A stretch of DNA of 63,681 nucleotides, the filler included, from Olpidium bornovanus S191 (lineage: Eukaryota > Fungi > Olpidiomycota), in assembly GCA_017911155.1 (NCBI GenBank). It is 28 parts of 28 records of this genome, joined end to end, with 100 filler letters (N's around TTAATTAATTAA, not from the genome) between each part and the next. Parts side by side here need not be neighbours in the genome. Positions count along the whole stretch, not along the records: positions 1 to 2,509 come from JAEFCI010001176.1; positions 2,610 to 5,933 come from JAEFCI010001359.1; positions 6,034 to 8,630 come from JAEFCI010004881.1; positions 8,731 to 11,358 come from JAEFCI010004033.1; positions 11,459 to 13,529 come from JAEFCI010013148.1; positions 13,630 to 15,068 come from JAEFCI010006016.1; 22 more parts are not named here. The stretch is one strand, 5' to 3'. Position 1 is the stretch's first letter. Every line of letters begins with the position of its first letter. Positions 1 through 13,744 of the stretch are shown here, piece by piece. Both the position numbers and the translations under genes were made by a program. The notes beneath the pieces are model-generated. The model was not told the origin of the DNA. It ran no database searches and worked only from the letters and a program-made list of their open reading frames with translations.

Positions 1-262
1 AACACAAAGAAAAGAAAAAAGAAAAAAAAAGAAGTAAAAGAGGGTTTGTTGCGGTATTGTAAATCGGGGATGTGATTAGCCAAACGGGGGGGCGGGGACA
101 TATTTGTACACGGGGGGGTTCAGGGATAAAAAAAAAAAAATAAAAACCGAACTTTGCGAGCCTCAAAAACCAAAAGAATGTGAATTGGGATGGGGAAAAG
201 ATGGAGAAGTGGTTAAGACGGAGTGAGGTGAAGGGGGCACAACGAATGATGGCGGCGGAGGC

Positions 263-2420
263 TCAGACCTCTTCGTCTTCCGTCACGTCCGCGTCCTCTA
301 CCCCGTACGCCGCCGGCGCGCCCGCGCCCGCGCCGCCGACCGGCGGCGGCGGCGGGGCGACGGCCGAGTTTCCCGGGTGAATCAGGTGCTTGAGGACCAC
401 GTGGTCCGACGGCGAACCCCGCAGGTCGGCGGAGGCGGCAGCGGCAGCTCCGCGAACCGCACCGGGCGGCGTCGGCGGCGACCGCTCGCGGGAGAACTGC
501 AGGGCCGCCGCCGGGGCGGGGGGCGCGGCGGGAAAAAGGGCGGCGGGAAGAAGGACGGCTGAGAAAGGCGCGGGAGGGTGAGAGAGGGCGGTCGGCGCGA
601 CGAGCGGCGGCGGCGGCGCCTCCGGCCGGATGGGCGCTCCCGCCTCGGCGTTTTCCTTCTTGGCGGACTTTTTCTTCGCCTTCTTCGACCCCGCCGACGA
701 CGACGGAGGGTCGCCGGCTTTCCCGGAGCTCGACGCGGAAGCTTTCCGGCGACGTTTCGCGAGGGGGCCGGGACACGCCGCGGGCGGCGTCTTTTCGGCC
801 GCCGAAAACGACGACGGGTCTCGGTCCGCGTCGGCGGGAGTGGACGGCCATGGCGCGACCTTGCGCTCCGGTTCCTCTTTCACCGGATGTTCGCACCGCT
901 CGGGAGTGCGAAACGAACACGTCGCCGACGCGCCGTCGCGAGCCGAAGACTGCCCCGCCGGCGTCTGCGTCGGCGTCGGCAGCGCGATTACGTCGAAATG
1001 CTGCCAGCTGTAATTGCGACACCGGTCTGCACCAGGAAGGTCCTGGATCCTGCCGAAATGGCGGCAGAAACGAAGTGCGCGAAAAAAAAATAATTTGGCG
1101 TCATGACCGGAGGTGCGACTAAAGGATCTCAACCCCTTCCCCGTACCACCCGCTTCCCCGGCGCGCTCACGAACATAAGGGCGACCTGCGGCAGCGAAAA
1201 CCCGAACAGGTCAGGACCGTTTGCCGAGTTCGAGTGCTCGCGGTTCCTGATGGCGTTGGCGCCCCTGACGATGGGCGTCCACGCGCCGGTCGGGGATTTC
1301 GCCTGGAACACCCGATCCGGCTGGTCGTCTGCCCTGACGATAAACCTGGGTTCGCCCTTTTCCTCGGCAACGGTGGACACGTAGGTGGCGGTGCCGTTCG
1401 GGTCGACCATGGACATGTACTGGCGCGAGGACTGGAAGTTTTCCGGGTAGATGTACCGCTCGTTGTGAAAATTGTCGCGGAAGGGAGTGTCGATGCGGCC
1501 CAGGGCGTGGATGTTGACGGTCCCGATCCTTATCGGGAGGATCGGCCGCCCGTGCTCGTCGCGCGGATAGTCGTGCACCCTCCGCGGCGTGCCCGGGTTC
1601 TTCCTCTTCAGGTGCCGAGGGCGCGGCGCGCCGGCGGAGGGGTGGTCCTCCCGCTCCGTCCGCCCGGTGCTCGCCGACCCCTCCCGCGTAAAACGGCCGC
1701 CGGCGGCGTGGTCTTTCGCAAGCGGCGCGTCCGAGAAGCCCCCGCAGGGGAGCAGGAGGGGCCCCTCCGCCGCTGCGCTCGTGCCGTCCTTTCCCTTCAA
1801 AGGACCGTCGAGCTGACGGCGGTCGCCGTCCCCGTCGCCGGTCTCGTGGGTCCGCCTCCTTTGCCGCGGAGGAGGCGGCGACCACGCGGACGGCGAGCGA
1901 GCGCGGCTTTCGGAAGAACCGTTCTGGTGATCGGGAGGCCTAGGCAGCTTGGCCAGATGCTCCAGCAGGAGCCTGGAGGGGAGCGGAAGGGAAAGCGCGG
2001 CCGGGGGCGGGTGGGGTGTGGGCGGGTCAGGTTCTAAAGTCAACGTTTGCCGACAAGCAGCCGCGTGCCCGAGCCCAAGAGTACGATACAGCCAGTAGAA
2101 CGCAAAAAGTAAAGGGGAAAAAAGAAAAGAAAAGAGGGAGGTTTGAAAAGATAAGGAAAAATGAAGAAAAAAGGGGAAAAAAAGGAAAAAAGAGAAAAAA
2201 CGAAAGAAAAAAGAAAGTAAAACTGAAAATATAGAAGTATGAAAATGAAAAAAAAAAACCAAAATAATCAAAAAAACAAACGAAAGAAATGTAAAGAAAA
2301 AAAAGAAAAAAAAAAGAGAAAGCAAGAGAGAGAGAGAAAAAGAAACGCCTTACTTCTGAGTATGTCGGAGTTCCGCAACTCTCCTTCCTGATCGTTGAAG
2401 GTCCTGCGCGACGACGCTGG
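263..2420 (-). CDS. FYRN/FYRC (F/Y-rich) domain protein, TBRG1/NIAM-like, spliced, 5' end uncertain
   Basis: Translation gives RRVHDYPRDEHGRPILPIRIGTVNIHALGRI...FHNERYIYPENFQSSRQYMSMVDP...SPTGAWTPIV...GPDLFGFSLPQVALM, then after an intron IQDLPGADRCRNYSWQHF, which is a FYRN followed by FYRC pattern. A GT-AG intron at about 1174-1051 restores the frame. A probable upstream exon near 2353-2420 ends at a GTAAG donor. The C-terminus is low complexity and ends at TGA 263. Confidence 0.8.
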
Positions 2421-2509
2421 CGTCCTGGGAACGTCGCGGGAGGAAATGGTGGGGGGGGTTGGTACCGAACGGCAAGCAGCGCCGTTTCCCGAGCGGGGGG
2501 GGGGGGGTT

Positions 2510-2609
2510 NNNNNNNNNNNNNNNNNNNNNNNNNNNNNNNNNNNNNNNNNNNNTTAATTAATTAANNNNNNNNNNNNNNNNNNNNNNNNNNNNNNNNNNN
2601 NNNNNNNNN
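2510..2609. other. Artificial contig spacer N44-TTAATTAATTAA-N44 (first of 27)
   Basis: Identical 100-bp spacers start at 2510, 5934, 8631, 11359, 13530, 15069, 16672, 21038, 22145, 23961, 27761, 29341, 31459, 32612, 34091, 36356, 38483, 39679, 41524, 43822, 45042, 48114, 50566, 53204, 57246, 59835 and 62386. The 12-mer puts stop codons in all six frames. Confidence 0.99.
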
Positions 2610-2924
2610 CGAGGGTTTCAGCCCTCTTTTGTACGTTTGTAGCTTGTCGGCCTCCGTCAAGTCTGAGACACAAGCGGCCAGCCGCTTGAATTCTTCGGTG
2701 TATTTCTTGGCGGAACCGACTTGCTGGATCGTATGGAGTTGCGCTCTCGCGTTTTCTTCCGCTTGCGGGTCGCGAAATTGCTTGAGGAATTCCTCGCGAA
2801 ATTCCTCCCAACTGTAGGTCTGGCCAAGAGATTGGTACCAGATAGCGGCGTCGTCCTCCAACATCGCAGAGAAGGCAAGAATTTCGGCCTCAAACCGTTT
2901 TGTGGCTGTGGCTTCGCCAGGCAA
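2610..2924 (-). mobile_element. Ty3/gypsy LTR-retrotransposon gag (capsid) fragment, truncated by contig end
   Basis: LEDDAAIWYQSL...SWEEFREEFLKQFRDPQAEENARAQLHTIQQVGSAKKYTEEFKRLA...EADKLQTYKRGLKP matches the retrotransposon gag pattern (A..W, W.EF...F...F, L..L.Q.GS...Y...F, Y..GL). Confidence 0.85.
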
Positions 2925-4424
2925 ATTTGAAAAATGACGGAAAAAAGATACGAATGGCTTAATCCATCGCCGCTCCCTTCATTCGGCGTGTTCTACCGTC
3001 TTTTTTCCTGCTCGTTTCTCAGAATTCACCGCTTTTTCTGCACATGAACCGTCCTTTTCCTTCGCGCTCCACCTCCTCTTCCCCACCCCCCCAACCCCCC
3101 TTTAAACAAGTCTGCTCGCGGAATTACCCGTTCAGACCGGCCTTTCGATATTTTCCGCCTCGGTAGCCTGGCTGGCTGTGAATATGTGAATGAATGTGTC
3201 AGTCGGAAATTTTTCGCCTCGATTCTCATTGGAAGGCTTGCACAGTGCCGCCCCGGCTGGATTTTTCGTCCGTATTCAAGCCGTTTTTAGCCTCCCCAAT
3301 TTTAACCTCCCCGTTGTCAGTTGAATTTAACCTCGCGGTTGTCAGTTGGAACGCTTGCACCGTGAAGCGCTTGGGACAACCCGTGGGATACTGTATACTC
3401 TTCGTAGGTCAAGAACCACTACAGGCGACAGTTAAAAAATTTACCGTCCTGTGGGCAAAAGCCATTCAAGCACGGAGTCAGGTTGGCCGCAGTGTTCGCA
3501 GAATACGTTGTGTCCGCGGTAAGGAAAAAAAAAAAAAGAAAAATGTCTAAAAAAAAATGCGCACGCCGGCGGGGACTGCTTTTTTTCCTTTTTTTTTTTT
3601 TTTTTTTTTGGCGGGGCCGCCCGGCACCAACTCCGCCCTGCGCAGCCCGCTTGGCGCTAGCAGTCGTCTTTCGTTACTTTCGGTGCCTGCAAAATCTAAC
3701 AAAAAGGACCAGCAACTCGGGCTACCCTGATGGTGTCATTAAAGAAGTTTTTGAGGAACTTTTTACATAAGCGCTTCACCGGTCGTTTTACTTCGAATTC
3801 TTTCATCGCGTTTGCTACGGGCTGCGCCGACGGGGAGGGGACACCGCTGGCAACGCCTCAATTCGAAGAAGGGCGAGTGGGGCGTGGCCCAGTGCCCACT
3901 ACACGATTAGAGTAGATAGACCCACTAACTACACTTGGTGTAAACTTCCTCTTTCACTTTCTCGTTCCTGTCATTCTCGGAGCTCGCTTCTGCTGCATTT
4001 TGCGTGCTTCCCGCCTTCCTTTAGTTCCCAAAGGATCACAGCCCCCTCCACGCCCCGCCCCTCCAGTCCCAGTGCGTACTGAAAATTATTACGTGCGCAA
4101 AAGGAGCGACTTTGTGGCACCCGTGCTTTTTTTTATCTCGTCCCCCAGCACAAACAGCCACGCCCTTCCCTGTCTCACAAATGGCGTAAAATTCATTGTT
4201 GGGAACCTAGCTCGGCACAAAGTGTGGGGCGTGGACGACAAAGGGTTAAAAAAGTTGCGCAGCAGCGCGCACATAAAAGGTTACGCTGAGGCGGCACGCG
4301 TGGAAAGAACAGGTGTCGCGGAAGTGACCAGTACGTTAAGTCGTTAGACAACAACAAAAAAAAGAATGGAACTCGGCCCACAAATTGACATATTCTGGTT
4401 TCGAGAGTTCCCGTTCAATTTTGC

Positions 4425-5780
<1,356 letters not shown>

Positions 5781-5874
5781 TCATTTATGTGCTGTATTGT
5801 TTTAAGTTATGTCATGTGTAATGAGGGAATAAGCCGCACTTCGCGGCGGACCGGAACCGCTACGTACGGGTGGT

Positions 5875-5915
5875 TACAGTCACGTGGCGTGACGCTACAG
5901 TCACGGGCGTGACGC
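5875..5915. promoter_or_regulatory. Tandem pair of palindromic elements upstream of histone H3
   Basis: TACAGTCACGTGGCGTGACGC followed by TACAGTCACGGGCGTGACGC. Each copy contains the inverted repeat GTCACG-N2/3-CGTGAC. They start about 215 bp upstream of the H3 ATG. Function is inferred. Confidence 0.5.
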
Positions 5916-7430
5916 CAAAAGCGAAAGAAACTCNNNNNNNNNNNNNNNNNNNNNNNNNNNNNNNNNNNNNNNNNNNNTTAATTAATTAANNNNNNNNNNN
6001 NNNNNNNNNNNNNNNNNNNNNNNNNNNNNNNNNGCGCCATGCGGCAGAAAAGGGCCGCCGGGTCTCCTCGGCAGTTTGAAAAATTATTGTTCCGGCTCAG
6101 AACCGAGGAAACAGGTCGTCTGTTGGATACATTCCACACATTCCAGCAAGTGATATAAATCGCAACGATTTTTTTTTTTTTTTTTGTTTTTTCCTTTGGG
6201 TTGGCGATAAATGGCGAGGCTGGGGGTGCGGCGCAGGCGCGGGAACGGAAGCCGGCGCGAACGCACACGCGCATTCAACGGTACCGTCATCATCGTCGTC
6301 GTCGTCGTCGAGGGCAAATCTGTGAGTTTGTGCTCCTTGGCGCGGAAGGTGCCCCCAAGCTTTTTCCGCTGCAGCCCTCGGCGGGCGCGGGCAGGCGTGC
6401 GAGGGCGGCGGTGTCAATCTTTTGCGACACGGCGTGCCGCGGCAACCAGCAGCTTCGGCGCCGGCGGCGCGGTCGTTCCTTGGCCGCGGCGGCTGCGTTC
6501 TGATGACAAGGGGCGTTGGCGCCGTCAAAGGAGCGGAGGCCGGAGGCGGCGAGGGGCCAGCAGTGAGGTTGCTTGGCCGCGTGCGTGGCGGCCGTTTTCC
6601 ATCGCGCGTGGAAGGCGAGGGGGCGAAATTTTTTTTTGCCAGATTCCCTTGCGAGCGCGGCACGATTCTCCACTTTGTTGGAGGGCCGTCGCCGTTGGTC
6701 TGTGGGCGACACGCCGCCTGCTGATGCTTTCGGTTTTTCTGGCATTGTTTTTGCAGAGTGCTGTTGCGGGCGTCGAACTTCGATGAGCAAAGTTTCAGAG
6801 CAGTAGTTCCGCCGTGGCCATCACAAGAGGGCAGGCAGTTGGGTGGATAACGGCTTCATCATGGAAAAGAGGATGGGTGTGTCGCCCTGTAGGTCCATCA
6901 GACGTCACCGAATGCGCTCCCATCCCCTGAACCAACTGCTGGGGTCCGAGCCGTCAGAACTTCCATGGTTCATCAATCCCGAGGGAGCGGAGTCGCCGTC
7001 GTCTGCCTCTTGATGATGCAGACCGAAATTATGTCGTCGGGTTGGCGTTTGAGAAACGCGTGGCAATCCACACAGGCGAAGTAGTTACTTTGCGTGTGAT
7101 CATGGAAACGCAACAAGCACGCTGTGGAAAAAACGCACAGAAAGGTTAACACGTTTTCTTGAACGCCGTGTCACAGTCTGACCGGCTGCGCAACCGGTTC
7201 CACAGCCACAGGCCCTGCAGGCTCAATTCTAGGAGAGCAAAAAAGTCGCCATCTTCCTTCGTAGGCTATGTATGTACTGCGTGGACAATTCTATTTTTTT
7301 CCCCTTTCTTTTCATGTATCCTATGCACCGCGAGCCGGTATTTATTCATTTTGCGTTTCACAAACGTGGATTAAGATCTGAACGGTTCGCACATCTCGTC
7401 GGGTGGCACACCGCAGGGGATCTCGTTGTG

Positions 7431-8587
7431 CTAGAACTTGAAGACTTTATCTTTTGTATAGCTGTTGCCACGGTTGAGTTGGCAACAGAAATAAAAAAAA
7501 ACGAGAGCGTGACGCAATTAGCTGCGAAGAGAAACGATCCAGAAAAAATGAATATGGCAGAAACACAAAATACGTTACCCAAGTGCCGCCAAAACTCCGC
7601 CAACCTCGCCCTGTTGGTAATCGGGAGTTTTGCTGCCTGCAGGACGAAAATAATTGTCATCACGCAGATCGTCTCATGTTAAACCCCAGCCACGTGCTGA
7701 ATAATGGGCAAAGGCCAAAGACCAAACAATTAGCGGAATCATAACGCACCAGAAACGTGGGCCACCATGGCCGCCGGGCCGCACACAAAGATGATGGCGT
7801 CCTCGTCCTTCCCGGGCATGTACTTCTCAACCATGTTCTCGCTGACGAATCCCGTTTCTCCTTTCCAGCCAGAAGGGGGCCTGTCCAGGGTGTACTGCAC
7901 CTGTGTAAAATGCAACACCGGCGGAAATAAGCACGCCGATCTGTTGGCCGTGCTCTCGCTTCGAGGTGGAGACAAAAGATGTTACCTGGAACCGGTCGGG
8001 GTGCTGCGTTGCGAGGGCGTCCAGCTGGCCCAGCGACAAGGGAACGTGAGATACTTGCGGGGCCCAGGGCAGACCCGAACAATTCCGACGCGTACCTCTG
8101 ATTTCAGGAGGATATCACGTCCCTCTTGGTTCGCGAACAGGAGAGAAACTTTGGTCTTGTCGTCCGGGTTATTCAAAATCTTCTTTATGACCTGCAGCAT
8201 CGGAGTCAGACCTTCGAGTTTTCGCGAAGACGTTAGTCGCTCGCGGCCCGGTTGCTCGAAACGGCGGCAAAATCGGCTTTCGCGGCATTACCAGTTCCGC
8301 CTGTGTCCGTTTTTTTTTTCCGAAATTCGTAAGTTGTGCGGTTAATCGGGCGTGGCTCAACAGGCGCGCGTGCGAGTGCTAACGACCGCCGCTGCAGACT
8401 TTCCAGCAATCATCCCGATCTTGCTCCAGCGGTTCGGCTCGTACTTGATCTTCAACAGGGGGCCCTTCATTTCCAGCGTTTCCCCGGGCTTCATCCCAAA
8501 GACGTGCTCGCTCATGGGGCCGTTTTCGTAGACCTTGACGAGGAGATCAAACTTGCCCTTGTCCGCGTCCGTGGAAATCGGCGTGTC
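7431..8587 (-). CDS. MCR1: NADH-cytochrome b5 reductase (MCR1-type), spliced, 5' truncated
   Basis: Exons read [134 protein letters not shown]...[36 protein letters not shown]. Confidence 0.93.
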
Positions 8588-8730
8588 TGCGGAAAACGGG
8601 CCGGGGCGCAGACGGGAAACCGTCAGCCGCNNNNNNNNNNNNNNNNNNNNNNNNNNNNNNNNNNNNNNNNNNNNTTAATTAATTAANNNNNNNNNNNNNN
8701 NNNNNNNNNNNNNNNNNNNNNNNNNNNNNN

Positions 8731-10381
8731 AACTCGCTGGAATTTTGTTCACGAACGCCTGTGCTGTCTTTGCCGCGCTAGCGCTGTACCGGTGAGCAGT
8801 TGCAAGCTTCAGGTGCGGTGGCGGGCTTTTTCCTTCCTGTGCAACTGCATGGCCTAAACGGAAGAGGAGCCTTGACGCCTTTTCGATCGTCGATTCCAGA
8901 CTGACACTGCAAGCATTCGTTGACGAACGCATAGCTTTCCTGTCTGCAGTGTGCTTCTGTATTAACCCGAGTGGGATCTTCATGTCGTCTATGTGAGGTT
9001 TACACGTTTTCTCTGACGCCATGCAACCTGGAGCGCGTTTTCCTAAGCCAGGAGGGAATCGGCGCCGTTGACCGGGCTTTTCGGTCCCTAACGTACGGGA
9101 AATCCATCTTTTGCCCTTCGCAGTTACTCGGAATCGCCGTTCGCGCTTCTCACCTTCGTCGGCCACTCATTCATGCTAAGCGGGCGGTACACCGGAGCTG
9201 CCGCATTGTGGTGCCTTGCGTCGATGACCAGAGCAAACGGGATCATGTACTGCGGTTTTTTTGTCTGGGAGTTTGCCTTCCAGCGGTTATCTGCAAGGTT
9301 TGGGTTGATGCAGGTGAGCGCTCCTTTATTTTCCGTTTGTCGACTGGGATCGCCGCTGTTTTGTGTCGTGCAAATTTCTGGCTGCTCTGACTGGATATGC
9401 CCCCAATTGCCACCCCACATCCGACAGCAAGTGACGGCCGCGATGGACGCTGTCCCATATATTCTGGTCGTCCTCGCAGGGTTTTTGGGGTTCCAGTACT
9501 TTGCCTGGACTAAGCACTGCGCTACTTGGCTGCGTCCTCCCGACCGTAGGCCGTGGTGTGACAGACGGTTGCCCTTAGTGTACTCGTTCGTGCAGCGGGA
9601 ATACTGGCGAGTATCCCACTCACACGCGCGCGGATTTCAAGTTTTTTCAAGTCGCGCATTATGTTTGCCATGGCTGACGTCTCTGCGGCCTGCGCACGAC
9701 AGGAACAACGGGTTCCTGAACTACTGGACGACGAAGCAGGCACCCAACTTTCTCCTCGCCTCGTGCATATTGGCCTTCTCTGCCTGGGGAATATGGACGT
9801 ACGCAGCCGCTGACTGGAGGCGGTTTTTGAGCGCCGGCATCTACGATCCGCGCCTGCCCGACGGCGGGATCGGCGGTTGGTTCACAACCCTGGCGGACAT
9901 GATGAGTACGTGTATCGCGTTCTCGGTTGCGTTTTCGATAATTTTGGCTTTTTCTTGCCCTGAACACGTTATCTCTGGTCCGCTCCTCGAACAAAAATTC
10001 CTCCGTCGCGCATTTTTCTGATTCCCGACAATGCAAACCCTGACTTGGCCCTTCCAAGCCGCTCGCTTCCCACCTCCGCTCTTGGTTCCGCCGATACCGT
10101 CCGCGGACGCTGCCGGCTTCCCCTCACAGGCTTTCGGCGCCTCGCGTGACATGCTGCCGCACGTCTACCTGTGGGCGTTCCTCCTGGGCCTAAACACGCT
10201 GTTCACACACGTCCAGATCGCCGCCCGGTTCCTTTCTGGCCTGCCCGTGCTTTACTGGTTTGCGGCGACGGTGCTCCTGCGAGATGGTGGACGGGCCAGT
10301 AGCCGAATCGTCGTGACCGTTGCTGTCGTCTACGCTGCGGTAGGTTTGCCGCTGTTCGCAGGGTTCTTCCCTCCGGCCTAA
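8731..10381 (+). CDS. GPI18: GPI mannosyltransferase II (GPI18/PIG-V), spliced, 5' truncated
   Basis: Exons include CINPSGIFMSS/YSESPFALL...MTRANGIMYCGFF, PWCDRRLPLVYSFVQREYW/NNGFLNYWTTKQAPNFLLA, HVQIAARFLSGLPVLYW, and the terminal LFAGFFPPA*, which is characteristic of the family. Confidence 0.93.
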
Positions 10382-11610
10382 AAAAAAGAAAAAAAAAACC
10401 AAACTCAACAACGACAACGACATAAAGGATGAGAAAAACAACGAGAAAGAAAAGAAATTCTGGGAGAAATGACAAGTGGAGATAATGGCGTCGGGGACGC
10501 CGGAATCCTGAGGCGGAGGACGTAGATTATTCGACCTCGTGGACTGGAAGTTGTGCAAAGCGCGCGTTGGATCTCTTTCAAGATGGTATCGCGCTCCGAA
10601 ACACCCTCGAAAGAGGAGGGAAGGTGGTCGGGGAAGCGATGTTTTTGGCGATGGACTGACGGGACCACGGCGGGAGGTTTCCCAACACGGGAACGCGAAC
10701 TGTTTTCCGTGCACGAACGCGAAAAAGGGGGCGGGCGTATTATTCTGCTCGACGTGGGTAGGTCGTCGACCTCTGTTTTTTTTTTTTTCTTTTTTTTTCC
10801 CGACTTCCTCCAGACGCGCTGCATCTTGCAGATTCCGCCCTTCGACCGAACGGGACACCGTTCCCGGCTCCCTGTTGTGCATCATACATTTGGTCTCCCT
10901 GGCCGCTGCGAACGGGGGGCGTCGCAACGCGCGCGCGCGCACGCAAGACGCACACCAGGCGCACAATGTGCCGGAACGCAGTTTTAGTGCGTCAAATAAT
11001 TGGCTACATCCCCCTCCCTCCAGACCCCCCACCCCCTCCAGTTCATGTCGGAGAAAAAAAATGAGCGGGTGGGTCAGGCCGAATCGAAGGCCGACGCGCT
11101 GCAGGAACTCCCGTCGTCCCGTGAACCATTTCGCGCTTCCTCCCGCTAAGAAGTCCTCTCACCCAAAGCGGACTGGAAAAAGAAGACAGCGGAAAGAGCC
11201 GCTTCCCCCTAGCGCGGGCGGCCTTGTTGGGAAAAGACGCCGCGAGCTCTGCGTCTCTGCGTCTTCCGGGCGTGGCTTGGCTGGGGTGCGAACGCCTCCG
11301 CCCCAAAAAAAAAAAAAAAAAAAAAAAACAACACCCCCCCCCCCCCCCCCCTCTCACTNNNNNNNNNNNNNNNNNNNNNNNNNNNNNNNNNNNNNNNNNN
11401 NNTTAATTAATTAANNNNNNNNNNNNNNNNNNNNNNNNNNNNNNNNNNNNNNNNNNNNACACTTTTCATTTTACGAAGGTTCGGTGCGGTTATGGCCCCG
11501 CTTCGTTTGTTGTTTGTCGCCGGAACTCGATTTTCCCCCAAGATGCTAGACTCGACTTTCGTTTTGTTGACTCTGCATGTGGCATTCCTCTCTTTCATGT
11601 TTTCCTTCAG

Positions 11611-11761
11611 GTTGGTCTTCGCCGCGGTGAAGGAGACAATTCTTCAAAACGGTAAGGCGGATTGCACGTTCTAGTGTTTTACATGCTAGGGTCTTGGTTC
11701 GCTGATATTGCGTGCGGCTCCGAAACGCCGGGCAGCTTTGAAGGACAGCGGCATCTTGTAG
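11611..11761 (+). CDS. Heterotrimeric G-protein alpha subunit, last two exons (class III / cAMP-pathway type)
   Basis: Exons 11611-11651 and 11736-11761 splice to [21 protein letters not shown], the C-terminus typical of fungal class III G-alpha (GNA-3/Gpa3-like). Confidence 0.9.
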
Positions 11762-12324
11762 AGAGCCATGCCAAGGTCAACCATGTAATTCGTAATGTGC
11801 TACGGTTCGGTCAATGCTCGATGGCGTTTTCACCCTTGTTTAAGCTTCATTCTTTATCCCTGTTCTCCCTGCCTTTCCTTCTAATTCCGACATCTTTCCC
11901 GGCTATTTCGCGTTCCGTTTAGCTTTTTCCTCCTCTTTCCCTTCCGCCCTCCACCCCTCCCTCCCCCGCCGTTTTTCTCTCTCTCCCCTTAAGCCTCTAC
12001 TTTCAACTCCCGCCCTTTCTGCCTATTTACCTTGAGGGAGCAGGGTTAATTATTATATGCCTCCAGCGGGTTGATTGCCCGTCCGTTGGCCCCGTCGGTT
12101 AGTTTACATTTCCCTCAACCTCCTTCCTTAACGTACATAGCCCCCGCTCCTCCCTCCCTCGCGCGGACTTCGTTTTCTTTAACGCCTTTTTTCATTTCGT
12201 GCCCGCAACCTTTAGCGTTGATTCCCGATAATTCAAAAACCTGCTTTTTTTTTCTTTTCTTCACCACCATCCAACGCGACTTTCCCTTTTCTTATTTTCT
12301 CTCTTCCCCCCCCCTCCTCTCTCT

Positions 12325-12405
12325 ATTTCTCTGTGTTCTCTCTCTCTCTCTCTGTCTCTCTCTTTCTCCCCGTCTCTCTCTCTCCGCTCTCTCTCTCTCT
12401 CCCTC
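12325..12405. repeat. (CT)n-rich microsatellite tract
   Basis: Imperfect CT dinucleotide runs. Similar tracts occur at about 18120-18195, 26231-26390 and 36660-36830. Confidence 0.9.
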
Positions 12406-13744
12406 CCCTCTCGGCAATCGTGGTACTCCGCTGAGCAATTCCCCAAACAACCTGTACCATACCTTAGACCCCCGAAGTAACTTGCTTCCCACGGTTTCCA
12501 CCCTGCCTCCCCCCTTCCTTCCCTTTTCCCCCCCGGCCCCCTCCCGCAACCTCCCTCCCTCGCACCCTCCTGCTCCACTCGTCCCGTCTTTGGGTAAGGC
12601 CAGGCTCTTTTTTTTGCTCTCACTTGTATCGGCTTGTTGCCCTTACACGGCGCGGGGAATGTGGGGGTGTGGGTGGGAAAGGAGGACGTTCTCGATTCCC
12701 AGAAACTGATTGGCTGGGGTGGCCGGGAGCCTGCGTGTGTCGTTGAGCTTTCATTAGTGCAATATTATTACATTTATTTACTTCTTCCTTTTACAAAAGG
12801 TGTCGTGGGTGCGCGCCACGGAGACATCTCCTCCGCGCGCGCGCGTACTGTCGGTTGGCGCAAAAAAAAAAAAAAAAAGTTCGCGCCCCCCCACTTCGTT
12901 TACTTCACACGGCTTCCGCCCCCACCTCCGCTGCACTCCCCACTCCGTTCTCGCGTTTCAATAATAAAATCCGCCCTACCCCGCTCTGACGCTGACGCGG
13001 GACTTCAGACGGCGGGCGCAGCCTCTGCTTTGTGCCCGGGTTTACCCTGGCAAATTCCACAAAAAAAAAATGGGAGTTTGAGGTTTAGAAGAACAGAGAG
13101 GAAGGCCCTCTTATGCTATTCTGATTTTCACTCATTTATTTTCAAGGGGGGCTTTCTTTCTGGTGTGCACCCCTGATGCTCCCGGTAGTTTGCCCCGCTC
13201 CGTTGTGCGGCCCTTGACTGTCACAGGGTGTCCCACTCTGGTGTGCGCCCCTTGTCCTTCACAAGAGGATGTCTCCTTCGGGTGTGCAGCCCTTGCCGTT
13301 CTAAAGCGGAGGGAACGTTTCGTTCTGGTGTGGCCGGTGTCCTTTTCTGTCAGGTCCCCCTGGCGCTTCGAAGGGTTATGTTCACCCCTAGTCCCCTCTC
13401 TGCCGGCGGGCGCACCATCTGAACGAGACGGGAATGCAGTGCCATCACGGAACCGCTTCAAGGACCATACACAGTATGGAATTATACAATAGACAGCATA
13501 ATTCCAGTCGAGAACGGTATTCTGACATGNNNNNNNNNNNNNNNNNNNNNNNNNNNNNNNNNNNNNNNNNNNNTTAATTAATTAANNNNNNNNNNNNNNN
13601 NNNNNNNNNNNNNNNNNNNNNNNNNNNNNGACAAACGGAAAACGCTCAACTCTGAAAATACGACTATTTTTCATTTGCTTAGACGCTGCTGCCCGTGCCG
13701 TTTTGGAAAACAAAACAAACCCTCACTTGCCCGGCGGGCCACTT

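Noticed and set aside
6034-7020. Possible 3' exons of a plus-strand gene (e.g. RGHHKRAGSWVDNGFIMEKRMG...)
   Set aside because: Coding-like but short, with no family recognised and no exon phases I could establish.
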